Notes: a model not told the origin generated them from the letters alone. A stretch of 64,000 nucleotides of DNA from Dehalococcoidia bacterium (GCA_965207225.1 CBDBLV010000005.1:1440001-1504000), one strand, 5' to 3'; shown: positions 30,322-41,121, counted from the first letter of the stretch. Numbers and translations: made by a program.

Positions 30322-32887
30322 AGCCGACATAACTGAACGCGAGGTCACACCCCGGCTTCCCACTAGCGGCCAGATACTGGGAGCAGTGGTCAAAAAACTG
30401 GGCATCAAACATGTCGAACTCCAGAGTAGAACAGCCCGCCGATTTTTCTCAGCCGATCCGGAATACCTCGTTAAGGACTCTTCCAGAGAAAAGATCATAG
30501 CAACGATCGCTGAAGTGCTAACTCGCTCCGGGCTGGTTGCATCGCCGCGGGAAGGCGCGGATGACTACAGGCAATCTGCGTTGGCCTCCATGCTCCGCTG
30601 GCATGCCGACCACTGGGACCTGCTGCGATCTTTCGTTCGTCGCAGGACAATGAGAGTCCTGCCCGGAAACTTGCCCAAGGTCTGGGAGGCATACGTCAGG
30701 CTCGCCATTATCGACCTTGCCCTTAGGGTAGCCGCCCACCTGCATCTCGCCGGCTCGTCCCCGGCAGCGCTGGATTTCCTCGCCTCGTCGAGCCACACAG
30801 GCCGAGGAGAATATCTCAACCAAAAGCGTCAGCAGACTTCCCTCTCTCTGGAGGAGTTTGCAGAGGCTGTGGGGGTAACAGACAACACCGTCGATGCCTG
30901 GATGTATCACGGGGCTCGGCCGTCCAGTGATAACCTTGCGAAGATAGCCGAGACGCTGGCTGACGAAATTGCAGATTCAAATTCAGCGGAAATTGCCCTT
31001 GAACTGCGGGCCCTGTACTGGGTCAGTGACGTCGTCGATCTGTTGTCCGAGCACATAGGAGACCGGGCTGCCGGCGAGGTCATCGGGCAATTGCGCCGGT
31101 ACGCTGAAGCAACCTATCGTGCAATCGAAGATCAGTTTCCAACCGAAAACCGGTCTGAAGACCTCATGGTGCTGGCGGACTTGGGAGTTGGCGCCCGCCT
31201 TGCGAAACCCCTGCTGTCTTCATTAATCCAACAGGAACAGGATGACGGTTGGCGGGAGGACCTTCGGGCCACCGGCATGGACTGGGTCCGCCGCGTCCTT
31301 TCGGTGAATCTGGGCGTTCACCTTGCCGAGGTGGATGACCTCATCCGGAAGACGGATGGGCGTCTTCTTGGGGACTGGGATGTTAGCAACCCCGAGGCTT
31401 ATGCCCATTACCGGCGTTCCCTGGAATTGCGGATGCAGGGGAGACTCCCCGAGGCCCTGGCCGAGGTCGAGATTGCTGCCCGGCTGGACCCTCTGGATCC
31501 GGCGAACCACTGTACGCTGGGGTCAGTGAAGACGGACATCGGCATTGCGAGTGAGGATACGGCCCTCATCAAAGAGGGCCTGAATGCGTTGTGGCTGGCG
31601 GTGACCCTTGACCCCAGCTGGAGCCTCCCATGGACCGAAATAGGCATAGTGTTGCACCATACCGGCAGGTCGGCGGAAGCGGTGGAGCACTTGCGAAACG
31701 TAAGTCCGGGATGCGGACGCCTGGATTCGAAATACCACAGCGCGTTGGGGGCTGCGTGCTGGAAGCTGGGTGAGCTGCCTGAAGCCCTGGCAGCTTTCGA
31801 GGTGTCACTCGAACTGGACCCTGAGGAGACCTCCGCTTTGCTAGCGGCATCAGAGCTCGCCTTGTTGATTGGCGACGACGAAAAGCACAGGCGGTATCTC
31901 AAAAAGGCCAGGCATTTCGGAGCAGACGAAGACACCCTCAGAGTTTGGGAACTGCTGCGGCGGTTCGGAGGGAAGGGTCAGGACAAGGCTGAAACGGCCG
32001 AACATGACCGGACGATCGCCGTCATGGATGCAGTCATCAAGCTGAACACCGAAGACGACTACGCCTACTTCGCCAGAGCCCGGTCGCATTTCGCCAAGGG
32101 TGACGAAGACCGCGCCATCGAGGATTTGGACGCCGTTCTACGGTTGAACCCCGACCATGAGGATGCCCATCTGATACGGGGCACTATTTTGGGAAACCGG
32201 GGACAGTGGAAACGTGTGATCACCGACATGACGGAACTTATCCGGCTCAGACCTCATGACCCTGAGGCTTACTATCGTCGGGGCATGGCCTATGGCGAAC
32301 TGAACCTGTCGGATGAGTCGCTAGTCGATTTATGCGAGGCCATCCATCTTAACCCCGATCACGCCGACGCCTACCGTTCCCGAGGTGACTGCCTTCGATA
32401 CAAGGGAGAATACGATAAGGCGATCGTCGACTTCAATGTCGCGCTAGTACTCGACCCGAAGAATGCGGCAGCGCACATAGGCCGGGGAGGAGCATATCGC
32501 ATGAAGGGTGATATCGACCTGGCCATTGCCGACTACGACGCCACGATGCGACTCAGACCCCGAGACCCGCTCGCCTATAGGTTTCGTGGAGACGCCCACA
32601 TTGCCAACAAGAACTACGACCAGGCTATTTCGGACTGCGACATGGCGTTGAATCTCAATCCTTGCGATCCGATAGCCTACTTCACTCGGGGCAATGCTCA
32701 CCTGTTCAGTGGAAAACTCGAACCGGCGCTAGCGGACTTCAATGCAGCAATTGAACTCAAGCCCGTCGACGGGTGGTACTTCCACGGCCGCGGGCTGGTT
32801 CGCGAGTTGTTGGGGGACGCAGTAGGCGCTAGTGAAGACTATCAACGGGCCAGAGATCTGGGGTATAACGTTGAAGCTACTGAATGA
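30302..32887 (+). CDS. XRE-type HTH plus tetratricopeptide repeat protein
   Basis: SLEEFAEAVGVTDNTVDAWMYHGARP (XRE HTH) followed by many TPRs (AYYRRG, AIADY, LNP). Overlaps the end of pVip. Confidence 0.85.
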   Translation: MSGNEPEADITEREVTPRLPTSGQILGAVVKKLGIKHVELQSRTARRFFSADPEYLVKDSSREKIIATIAEVLTRSGLVASPREGADDYRQSALASMLRWHADHWDLLRSFVRRRTMRVLPGNLPKVWEAYVRLAIIDLALRVAAHLHLAGSSPAALDFLASSSHTGRGEYLNQKRQQTSLSLEEFAEAVGVTDNTVDAWMYHGARPSSDNLAKIAETLADEIADSNSAEIALELRALYWVSDVVDLLSEHIGDRAAGEVIGQLRRYAEATYRAIEDQFPTENRSEDLMVLADLGVGARLAKPLLSSLIQQEQDDGWREDLRATGMDWVRRVLSVNLGVHLAEVDDLIRKTDGRLLGDWDVSNPEAYAHYRRSLELRMQGRLPEALAEVEIAARLDPLDPANHCTLGSVKTDIGIASEDTALIKEGLNALWLAVTLDPSWSLPWTEIGIVLHHTGRSAEAVEHLRNVSPGCGRLDSKYHSALGAACWKLGELPEALAAFEVSLELDPEETSALLAASELALLIGDDEKHRRYLKKARHFGADEDTLRVWELLRRFGGKGQDKAETAEHDRTIAVMDAVIKLNTEDDYAYFARARSHFAKGDEDRAIEDLDAVLRLNPDHEDAHLIRGTILGNRGQWKRVITDMTELIRLRPHDPEAYYRRGMAYGELNLSDESLVDLCEAIHLNPDHADAYRSRGDCLRYKGEYDKAIVDFNVALVLDPKNAAAHIGRGGAYRMKGDIDLAIADYDATMRLRPRDPLAYRFRGDAHIANKNYDQAISDCDMALNLNPCDPIAYFTRGNAHLFSGKLEPALADFNAAIELKPVDGWYFHGRGLVRELLGDAVGASEDYQRARDLGYNVEATE

Positions 32888-33798
32888 GAGAAGCGGACGC
32901 ATTAGCTGCCGGAAGCTGCCACTGGCCTAGCGTGGCCTAACCTCTGACAAATTGAAGCGATAAGGCATCCTCGTAGGGATCTGGAGCTAATTTGGGAAGC
33001 CGCACCTCCACGGCCTCACCAATGCTCCATTGCAGAGGCCAACGCAGCTTTTGCAGGGTAGCTTCCCGCCTGTCCCGGCTACTTTCTCCGGGAATTGGCT
33101 GAACCCGCAATCTGGCATGAAATGATACCTGTCGAACCTATTGCTGGTGCCTTCCCCAAGAACAGAACGAGGGTTATACAGTAGCCCGCCAGCGAAAGTC
33201 AAACCGACTCAGTAAGCCTGTGATCATTCCCTGTGTTGCTATGGCGACCATACATGCCAGCGGAAGGACTCCGCTCGCTATAGCGAAATGCCTTGCCGCC
33301 CCCAGGGTTGGCCGCAGGAATCGCCGCACCCATAAGTATGAACCGACCAGTACAACCAGCCACACGATATCGTCAGGTAGGTTGAGCCATAGAAGAAGGT
33401 CTACCCCGAGAGTGTGCACTTGTGATGGGATGACCCTATGAAACAGTCCTTGGGCCGACCGGATAATATCGAAGAATTAGGTAAAGTTCCTTTGGCATGA
33501 GCCTTTTTTTGACTTGGGACGGACTAGCCCCGCCCTATTGGACCAGAGCGACTCTCAATCCAAATGGTCCTGCCTCCATTGAGTCTGGTGAGAGGCCCCG
33601 TACCGTACCGTGAACTCTTCGGTGGGGAATCCAGAAATAGGACCAGTGCACTTAGTTGGGCTAGGCCATCAAGATTTGTGAGCGGTCCGGGCGGGCTGGT
33701 TAATGCTCCCAGGTCAATGATCGTAATTCCACAAAGAAGACATGAAGGCCCGTGCGGGCCCCATCCAAGAGTTAGATTCGAACCTCTTTACCACGGAT

Positions 33799-35136
33799 TC
33801 ATATGAGCCATTCACTTAGTGTTTCTCTCGGAAGTATCCCTTTGTTTACGAGAGTTGCCCTGACCGTCAAAGGCGAGACTTTAAAGAAGTCGGCGGCATC
33901 ATCTATGTCTTCGTCACTGGGAGAGTCCCTAAAATACAGATACTCCCTCAAGTCATCTATGGGGCACAGGAATTCCTGGGCGAAAGCTCTCTGGAATTTC
34001 TGTCGGCTGGTCTTGGCCTGTGTGCTTGGCAGGAGAGCCTCATCCGGCGCAGCCATGAGGCTATCGCCGACCAGTCGGCTTAACGTGAACCGACGACCTG
34101 TTTCGCGCCTCTGGCCAAGGGATACCCGAAACGTTGACGCGTCCTCATTCTCTCGAAGTCCTGCCGATAGACTCCGTAGTTCGATTGAAGCTGGCGAATC
34201 ATTGACAAGAGATTGTGATAGCGGCACTCCGAATAGATCACTCATGGTGGACGTAGAAACGGGCCCGGAAGGCAGACCCCAAACGCTCCTTGCTATCCGA
34301 GCGGCTTGGGCTGCTCGGCGCCAGGGAACATCTGTCTGGTTTATTTCCTTATTGCAGATTCGTAGGAGTTTTTCGTAATTGCCTAGGCTAACTACGCTCT
34401 GTGAGTTCAGTATGCGATCTTTCAACTTTTTCAATCCATCGACAGCCTGGTCCTGGGTCGCAGCTGCTAACTCATGAACTGCATCCGGCCCATAGTAAAT
34501 GCAAGCCCTTTGCAGTGCCTCAATCAGCCCCTCTGGTGCTTCGGCTGGATCATAGCCCAGACACGCTTCTAGTTTGCGAAGCGCATATCGCTCGGCGTCT
34601 CTGCGCTCACCATTGACTTCAGCCCAGAGCTCTTGCAAAGTGGCTTCACCCTTACAGTAGCGCGAAGTCCTTTCAACAGTTGCGCCGATGAATTGATCTA
34701 TTCCATGTTCGAAGACGGCTGAATCGATTATCCAGCTGTGCTCTTTCAGGTACCGGATTGGTTCTCTGTACCCCAAAGGTGTTGCGGTTGATTCCACCGC
34801 GACAGTATCGCCATCACTCCTGAACCTCAGTACAGGCCAAAGATATCCTCCTCCAGCTGCGGCCAGATTGTGACTCATCTCCCAGTCGAAACTTGGCGAG
34901 CGGTCCGGTTCCCAACGCAGCCTCCACCAGTTAACCGCGAACCAAGTTGCCAGCCAATCTGCAGACAATCCAGGTGAGTGGTCGATATCCCCCGAAGACC
35001 GATCTTCGAAGGTGGTGACGCATTCATCATTAACCCAAATGGTAAGTTGGGCCTGCATATCAAAACCCGCATCATCTCCCGGGTCCGGCCTCAGCCAGTC
35101 ACACTGAACTACGAAAGTGTTGCTCATTGAATGCAC
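33799..35136 (-). CDS. Hypothetical with C-terminal ImmA/IrrE-like domain lacking HExxH
   Basis: RRFTLSRLVGD in place of FTLAHELGH; QRAFAQEFLCP; AADFFKVS HTH-like tail. Confidence 0.7.
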   Translation of the reverse strand: MHSMSNTFVVQCDWLRPDPGDDAGFDMQAQLTIWVNDECVTTFEDRSSGDIDHSPGLSADWLATWFAVNWWRLRWEPDRSPSFDWEMSHNLAAAGGGYLWPVLRFRSDGDTVAVESTATPLGYREPIRYLKEHSWIIDSAVFEHGIDQFIGATVERTSRYCKGEATLQELWAEVNGERRDAERYALRKLEACLGYDPAEAPEGLIEALQRACIYYGPDAVHELAAATQDQAVDGLKKLKDRILNSQSVVSLGNYEKLLRICNKEINQTDVPWRRAAQAARIARSVWGLPSGPVSTSTMSDLFGVPLSQSLVNDSPASIELRSLSAGLRENEDASTFRVSLGQRRETGRRFTLSRLVGDSLMAAPDEALLPSTQAKTSRQKFQRAFAQEFLCPIDDLREYLYFRDSPSDEDIDDAADFFKVSPLTVRATLVNKGILPRETLSEWLI

Positions 35137-35555
35137 CAGCGAGTCAAGATTTCGGATCGGAACGGGTCTCCCTTGGGAACGGGATAACCATGATATTCGC
35201 CTTTCTCTTGGTTTTCCAGTTGGGCTTCAAGGGGGTCGCCGCTATCGGTAACGGCCCAAATATTCTGTGGGAATTCCCCGCGTCTCTGTTCGCTTATTAA
35301 TCCCTTTACCGCCCCCAGCCTAAGCATTCGCAAGGCCTCTTTCCTAGTGAAGATTCCGGCGTCGTCGCAAAGGGTCTTTCTAGGCATCGGTCGTGAAGGC
35401 GGATCGAGGCCAAAATCACCAGGATTGCGCTTGTGAGCTGGATTTCCGCCGTATTTGAGGCGCTTGGCCAGCAAAGCCAACTCTGCAGCGTCTGAATTCT
35501 GTCTGATGCGCCGTTTGCGGTTGAACGACCGTCGATGAGAAAAGGAAGGATTCAT
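35124..35555 (-). CDS. Small basic hypothetical, toxin/nuclease-like
   Basis: YGGNPAHK...LEN...EYHGYP; overlaps the start of the downstream gene. Confidence 0.65.
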   Translation of the reverse strand: MNPSFSHRRSFNRKRRIRQNSDAAELALLAKRLKYGGNPAHKRNPGDFGLDPPSRPMPRKTLCDDAGIFTRKEALRMLRLGAVKGLISEQRRGEFPQNIWAVTDSGDPLEAQLENQEKGEYHGYPVPKGDPFRSEILTRWCIQ

Positions 35556-35686
35556 GGGATTTTCGCCTTTTCGTGGTCGTCAAATTCTAGTCCTTGTGTC
35601 AACAGCAGCTTAGCTTTGCAGGTAGATGCAAGGTGCGCTCCAATGCCAGGGTCTTCCGCTGGACGAGTTCGAGGAACTGACAGGCC

Positions 35687-37135
35687 CTATATATCCAGCA
35701 CTCGCCCGACGAATAGAATAGCCTCGGTTCCCCGGTCCCGGATCAAGAAGATGAATGGCCGCTCCACCCTTAGGGTCACCGGACTCGGGGGAGCAGACTC
35801 GAGTTGCACCACTACGGCGGTGGCCGCAGCTGCCTCCGTCCCTGCTTCGTCCACCGACACGAATGCCTTGTGTACCACCTCCCGGATGTACAGGCACCTG
35901 GAGTCTCCCGCGAGACATGAGCGGCCGTCCATGCCGGAGAAGTCGGAAGCGCCTCTGTCGAAGGCGTCGGACATACCCATGGCCTTGAGGGTTTCGCTCA
36001 GCTGGAATTTTGACTCGAACTCGAACTTCGGTAGGTCAAGCGTAACGTAGCGGTATTCGAGCCCAGCAATGATCCGGTCCACCAGTAGGCTGTCCAGGGC
36101 ATCCTCGAACTCTCGGAACTGCCCCCTGTCCGGGACGATGACGGTCATGGACAGCTCATGCCCGACGTAGGGTAGGTCTACGGCCTGGTACCCATCTCTC
36201 GACGCATAGAGGAACTCTTCCTGCATACTCATCATTGGAACTCCGACATTGCTCCCGTCCAGAAGGTGGAAGGGGCGTTCTCGGGTGTCCGATTCGTTGA
36301 AAGGGAAGAGCCATGAAGCGTTGAAGTAGATGGCGTTGGTCAGCACCATCCGGGTCAGCGGATTGATGATACCGGAGGGTATCAGGTCCTTGACTCTGTC
36401 TTCCGTGTTGTCTGCGACCCAGTCGTTGATCAAAAGCCTCGACTCCTCGGGCTCGCCCTTGAAGTCCGTGGGCCTCACACCTGCTCCATAGTTCTCCGCG
36501 AGGACATTAAGAAACGACTCCCGGAAATCGTGGCCTTGCTGGCCCCAGACGGCGTTGACGATATTCAGCCTGAAGGCCTCTCCACCCCTGTCCCGAATTA
36601 CCTCGCCGCGAGATACAAGCTCTTGGGCGAGGGCTTTGAACGTAGGGTGAAGCCTGTGCTGTGGCAGAAGAAAATGGAAAGTGTCAGCCATCTGGCTTGC
36701 CGTCTGGCCATTGGCCCCTGCGTAGGCCATGGCGATGGCTTGCGAGATGCTGTGGGGCGAATAGAACAGGTTTCCGTCCTGCGCCTTAATAACCTGATAA
36801 AGGTCGAAGGCGAAGATGCTGTTACCACCCACGAGTTCAGTAACCTCCGTATCCAGGGCTGATGGAACTGCACGCTCCTTGTCCGAGCGGACCTCGGAGT
36901 ATGTTGCTCGGGTGACCGTAGGCCCCGACTTAACGGATTGGGGGGCATCAGTCGAATTCGAGTTGTTCGAACTGGGCGCGATTGTCGAATTTGCGGATCC
37001 CGTTGGGGAGTCTGACTCCTGCTCGCCGCCGCAAGCAGCAACGAGAACGGCGGCCGTCAAGCACACGACCATGGCGGTGATGGCAGAGTATCTCCACCAG
37101 CTCGATCTGATTAAGGGGAGAGTAGTCTTTCCCAT
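35687..37135 (-). CDS. Serpin (lipoprotein)
   Basis: NLFYSPHSI, NAIYFNASW, LPKF, hinge EAGTEAAAAT, ERPFIFLIRD, ILFVGRV; lipobox LVAAC. Confidence 0.95.
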   Translation of the reverse strand: MGKTTLPLIRSSWWRYSAITAMVVCLTAAVLVAACGGEQESDSPTGSANSTIAPSSNNSNSTDAPQSVKSGPTVTRATYSEVRSDKERAVPSALDTEVTELVGGNSIFAFDLYQVIKAQDGNLFYSPHSISQAIAMAYAGANGQTASQMADTFHFLLPQHRLHPTFKALAQELVSRGEVIRDRGGEAFRLNIVNAVWGQQGHDFRESFLNVLAENYGAGVRPTDFKGEPEESRLLINDWVADNTEDRVKDLIPSGIINPLTRMVLTNAIYFNASWLFPFNESDTRERPFHLLDGSNVGVPMMSMQEEFLYASRDGYQAVDLPYVGHELSMTVIVPDRGQFREFEDALDSLLVDRIIAGLEYRYVTLDLPKFEFESKFQLSETLKAMGMSDAFDRGASDFSGMDGRSCLAGDSRCLYIREVVHKAFVSVDEAGTEAAAATAVVVQLESAPPSPVTLRVERPFIFLIRDRGTEAILFVGRVLDI

Positions 37136-37740
37136 GCTTTCCCTCCAGCCTTAGCGTTTCCTGAGCCGTTTTGTACTTGCTACATTCCAGTTGATGCGTC
37201 CCCTTATGACGTATCAACCGATGAAATAGTTCCCACCGTGCCCAACGCTAAGCCCTAAGGCGAACATACCTGGTCACAAATTGATTTCGCAGTTGCAGGA
37301 ATTCCGGCATCGACCAAGTCTCGCGAACCGGGTCCGCCCTCAGACCAGCTGGTTGAGCACTCTACATGGAAACCCCAAGGGCCTTGACTGCAAGGTGTTG
37401 CGGAGACGGTGGGCTGCTGCTTGGCTGAGGCCCTCATCCGCTATTCATCAATCGGATGTAGATGGTTCCCGATTGTCCGGCCGCACAGGCTTTCGATCTC
37501 CAAGAAACCATTCTTTACATCACACAGAAAGTTAATACGAGTCACAATATACAACAGACGCCGACGATAGCTCCGTCATTGATATCCTATGATATTATCT
37601 ACCCGCGATAGGTACCGTCCGGCCCGCTAGGCCGGAGAAACCAAGGCAAAAAGACTGCAGGGGTTGGAGGAATCCCTAGGCAGTGGGATACAGGGGATAG
37701 GTACCGAGAGAAGACAGTTGTGCAAATCAGGCCCAGCCAC

Positions 37741-37830
37741 ATGAGCGACAAGGCTCAGTTCCTATTGCTGATGCTCTTGTTCATTGTGATGGCGGTAATT
37801 GTCGCCTCCGTCATCTTACTGGTCTTCTAG
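37741..37830 (+). CDS. 29-aa single-TM peptide
   Basis: MSDKAQFLLLMLLFIVMAVIVASVILLVF*, immediately upstream of the HNH gene. Confidence 0.4.
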   Translation: MSDKAQFLLLMLLFIVMAVIVASVILLVF

Positions 37831-37839
37831 GGGGACCGT

Positions 37840-38253
37840 GTGCTCGGATGGTGGGGCCAACCCCGACGCCGCATAAAGATCCCGAAATGGTTCAAGGAAG
37901 ATCTCTATGAGCAGCAAAATGGTGCTTGCATGTATTGTGGCATCAAGATGGATATCGCCTACTTCGAGGCAGACCACAAGACCCCGTTCTCACGGGGTAG
38001 CCGCGATACCCCGGGCAACTTCCGGCTCCTTTGTGGCCCGTGCAACAAGTGCAAGTCGAACCTGACCAACTCAGAGTTCCGCAATTTATACGAGCTGACT
38101 CCCGCGCGAATGGCCAAAGGACCTCCTACACGCATCATCCCACGCAAGCACTTTGGCCGGATAACAAATGAGCTCAAGAAGGAGGCGGCCAGGGAACGGC
38201 GGGCAATGAGGAGAGAAGAAGAGGAAGCCTTTTTCGATCTATTGGGGCCTTAG
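37840..38253 (+). CDS. HNH endonuclease
   Basis: CMYC...DHKTPFSRG...N...LCGPCNKCKSN. Confidence 0.85.
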   Translation: MLGWWGQPRRRIKIPKWFKEDLYEQQNGACMYCGIKMDIAYFEADHKTPFSRGSRDTPGNFRLLCGPCNKCKSNLTNSEFRNLYELTPARMAKGPPTRIIPRKHFGRITNELKKEAARERRAMRREEEEAFFDLLGP

Positions 38254-38538
38254 CGAATGAGCAAGCCGGGCGGCAGGAACCTCCGATCAAAGAACCGTGA
38301 TTCAGTCGTGTGCCAGTGTCGTGGATTTTAAAAAACAGCTCGAGCACGATTTTGATTTCACCAAGAAGAAGACGCACCCATGCAGGGTGACCCTCCCGGC
38401 ATTGGGAACATTAACGCTGGTTTTTGCCGTGGCAGGCATCGGGTGAGGGTCCTGGCACAGGTGACCACCGCTCTGGGATAGAGAGGTTTCTGAAGCACCT
38501 ATTATGAGAATGTTTAGTGCTAGGTAGGGTGGCAAGTT

Positions 38539-38754
38539 ATGGCCCTGTACGCGGTAGACGCTGATGTTCCCACCGGCCAAGTGACCTTGCATAGATCGCA
38601 TTGTATGCAAGGGCAGCCCGTGGACAAGATGGAGCGTGATGGGGGCTGGCGGGAATTCGAAACCCGGAGTGCGGCCCTCAACTGGATGAACTCATGGCAC
38701 ACCACTAGCCAATTGAGAATTCACTTTTGTCACCATTGCGCTCCCATGGATTGA
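38539..38754 (+). CDS. Small Cys/His hypothetical protein
   Basis: H..C...DGGW...CHHC; paralog at 42221-42409. Confidence 0.55.
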   Translation: MALYAVDADVPTGQVTLHRSHCMQGQPVDKMERDGGWREFETRSAALNWMNSWHTTSQLRIHFCHHCAPMD

Positions 38755-38774
38755 GAAAACAGGAAGTACAGACC

Positions 38775-39200
38775 ATGCCGTTAAGTCAGGACCAGTTACG
38801 CCGGTTAAAGGAGGAGTACAACTCGCTAAGCGGGTATGTCTGGCGAGCTTCACAGGGTGAGCTACTGGCAATGATCCCGGAAGTGCACAAGAGACCGGAT
38901 AGATTTGTACACCTCTTGTCTAAGCAACAATCCCTAGTGTGCCAAGGCGGGACGTTGACGAGCTTTGCCCATTCAACGTTGTCGCAGTCAGTTAAATTGG
39001 CTGTTCCAAGCCCATTCCCGGAAAGCGAGATGGTGCTAGTAACTTCAACGGCCCGACGGGCAACCTGTGCCCTGTGCGTTTACACCCTCAACGCAGACAT
39101 GAAGGCTATGACGGCGTCTTGTAAGCCGCTTTTTGCGATGTTGGCGGTAATAGCCTTAATCATCACAGCTATTGTATTGGCGGTCGTGTTAGTCGTTTAG
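38775..39200 (+). CDS. Hypothetical protein with C-terminal TM helix
   Basis: AGGAAG RBS; MPLSQDQ start; hydrophobic C-terminus. Confidence 0.5.
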   Translation: MPLSQDQLRRLKEEYNSLSGYVWRASQGELLAMIPEVHKRPDRFVHLLSKQQSLVCQGGTLTSFAHSTLSQSVKLAVPSPFPESEMVLVTSTARRATCALCVYTLNADMKAMTASCKPLFAMLAVIALIITAIVLAVVLVV

Positions 39201-39225
39201 TTGGAGGCCGCAAAGGCGAAGAGCA

Positions 39226-39567
39226 TTGAAAACGCACGAATGGACTGGCAGCAGCGGCCGCAGGTACGAATGTCAAGTTTGGAATCAAGGACAGGGCGGG
39301 TACACCGATGAGCACGGACATCCGCTAGCCATTCCGGGTATATTCATCTACGCCAGCGGTGACGACTTATTGGGCTATCGAGCTCTGTACGTGGGGGAAT
39401 CCGATAACATTATTGTTGAGCGGGAAAGAGTGCCAACAGCAGTGTTGGAATGCGCCGTTAAGCATGATTTGTCCACACTCCACGTCTTCTTCCAGAGCGG
39501 CAAGACACAACGGGGAGATGGACAATGCGACCTAGTTGAGGGCTGCCGGCCGTCTTGCCAGCCGTAG
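39226..39567 (+). CDS. GIY-YIG-like small protein
   Basis: PGIFIYA...ALYVGESDN resembles the GIY/YIG hairpin. Confidence 0.5.
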   Translation: MKTHEWTGSSGRRYECQVWNQGQGGYTDEHGHPLAIPGIFIYASGDDLLGYRALYVGESDNIIVERERVPTAVLECAVKHDLSTLHVFFQSGKTQRGDGQCDLVEGCRPSCQP

Positions 39568-40166
39568 TCCTTCCGGCGTGTATCTAAGCGGGACTGCCTC
39601 GGTGGGTCCGCCGGGTGTTGGGGAGCTAGTAGAGTTATTGGGAATGAGTGGTCACTCTACTTCTGGTAGACCCCCTAAAACACTAGGATTCCTCGTCCGC
39701 GGAACATTTATCGTGTTGCAAGAGTTGGGTCAGTCAACCAATTTCAACAATTACCGCGTTGTTCGGCGCTTCGTGTTGCACATTACGCTGATGGCATCAA
39801 TTACCTTTTTGAGTATCGCAAATGAATGTGAAGCCAAGGAAAGACCTCCGTGTAACACAACGGCAGTGAGTGCTATCTTGGGGTCATTAAATTCGAACTC
39901 TTGAACAAAAGGCGCAGTGAAACCCAGGAGCTTAAGCGAGTACAGGAATATCGAAAGAACTGTTAACCACCACGCATATCCACACGCAAACCGTACGAAG
40001 TAAGCAAAGACAAACATTGCGCATGCGTCGTCTCTCGGATTACTTGAAGGAGTTGGGCGTCTTTTGGACAAGAGGCGTTTAATCGTTTGCTTCACAATGG
40101 TCTCACCTTTTTGGTCTATTACGAAATTCTTGTGTAAACAGATCTTATAACTTACGGAACACTGTA

Positions 40167-40212
40167 TAGCGGAGACGAGGGTGGGGTTTGAACCCACATC
40201 TCCCGCCTCCAA
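40167..40212 (-). other. tRNA-like 3' fragment (T-arm)
   Basis: Minus strand GTGGG-TTCAAAC-CCCAC followed by CCTCGTCTCC. No canonical D-arm or 5' half found. Confidence 0.35.
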
Positions 40213-40431
40213 TCCCCAATCCTCCTGGGCAAAGACAGCGCGAAGGGTAGCCCTGTCCCCCAGGAGCCGCGGCTACCTTCGCTCAATGTCGATAGATCGT
40301 TGAGTGACATGGAGGTAGGTCGGAATGCAGCGGATAACGCATGTGGTAGCCTCTTGACTCATTACCTTTACCCCAAGCGGGCTGAATGGGACGGAGGATA
40401 TTTAGATATCATCAGTCTCGGAGACCCCGCA

Positions 40432-40958
40432 TTAATCCGACATATACCGAAGAGAGGATTCCTGATGTCCTAAGGACCACGAAACCCTTTCACTAAACCC
40501 GGCCTCCCACACTACCCGGGAGAGTCTTACCAAGGGAATAGTTTGGCGAGTCGGGACAATAATCCGCTGTCGGCGCGGGCCTTTATGGATTTGATGGCGT
40601 CGTTGAACTAGCGCCCGTGCGCCTCGACCTTTCCCATTCCTGGAGTGTTGCTGACGGCGATGTGGGCGAGCTCGTGAAGGACAACTTCCTTTACTTTTCG
40701 CCAGGGCAGCGTCTCGAAGCCTTCCGTCTGCAGCCAGATTGTGCTGTGCCCCGCCTCGCCGCATGCCCCGGCGTTCTGAAGGTACTCGCTGAATATCAGC
40801 AACGGAACCTTCATATCGAGGGTGCGGCAGATTCCTTCCATGTAGGTCTGCGTCTCTTGCTGCCGCGTCTGCCCTATGGTGATGGGGTCGGGGCGTGACA
40901 CCCTGGCCAACCGGCGCCGGTTGCATTGAATACAGGTGTGGTAGACGGGGTGATTCAT
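40432..40958 (-). pseudogene. SprT-like zinc metalloprotease with premature stop
   Basis: VVLHELAH...AHGR*FNDAIKSI; the TAG at 40608-40610 sits where E of HGxEF is expected. The 3' end is approximate. Confidence 0.55.
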
Positions 40959-41121
40959 GGCTTATATCCCAGGGTCGTCGATGCTGGCCTGACTGGCCAA
41001 GCGGTCTCCAGAGGGGTCTGCGCGGCGTGTGGGGTCGGCTGTCCTTGCAAGCAGGTTTTGAGCGCCTTCTTGAATATCTCTGTCCCCGCCGAGACACATC
41101 TACGTGTTCCCTCGAAACAAC

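Noticed and set aside
3497-40610. Stop-codon reassignment explaining the in-frame TAA/TAG in the PKS, 20512-21162 and the SprT-like gene
   Set aside because: Both TAA and TAG terminate intact genes normally (serpin, precursors, helicase); scattered nonsense mutations or sequencing errors are simpler.
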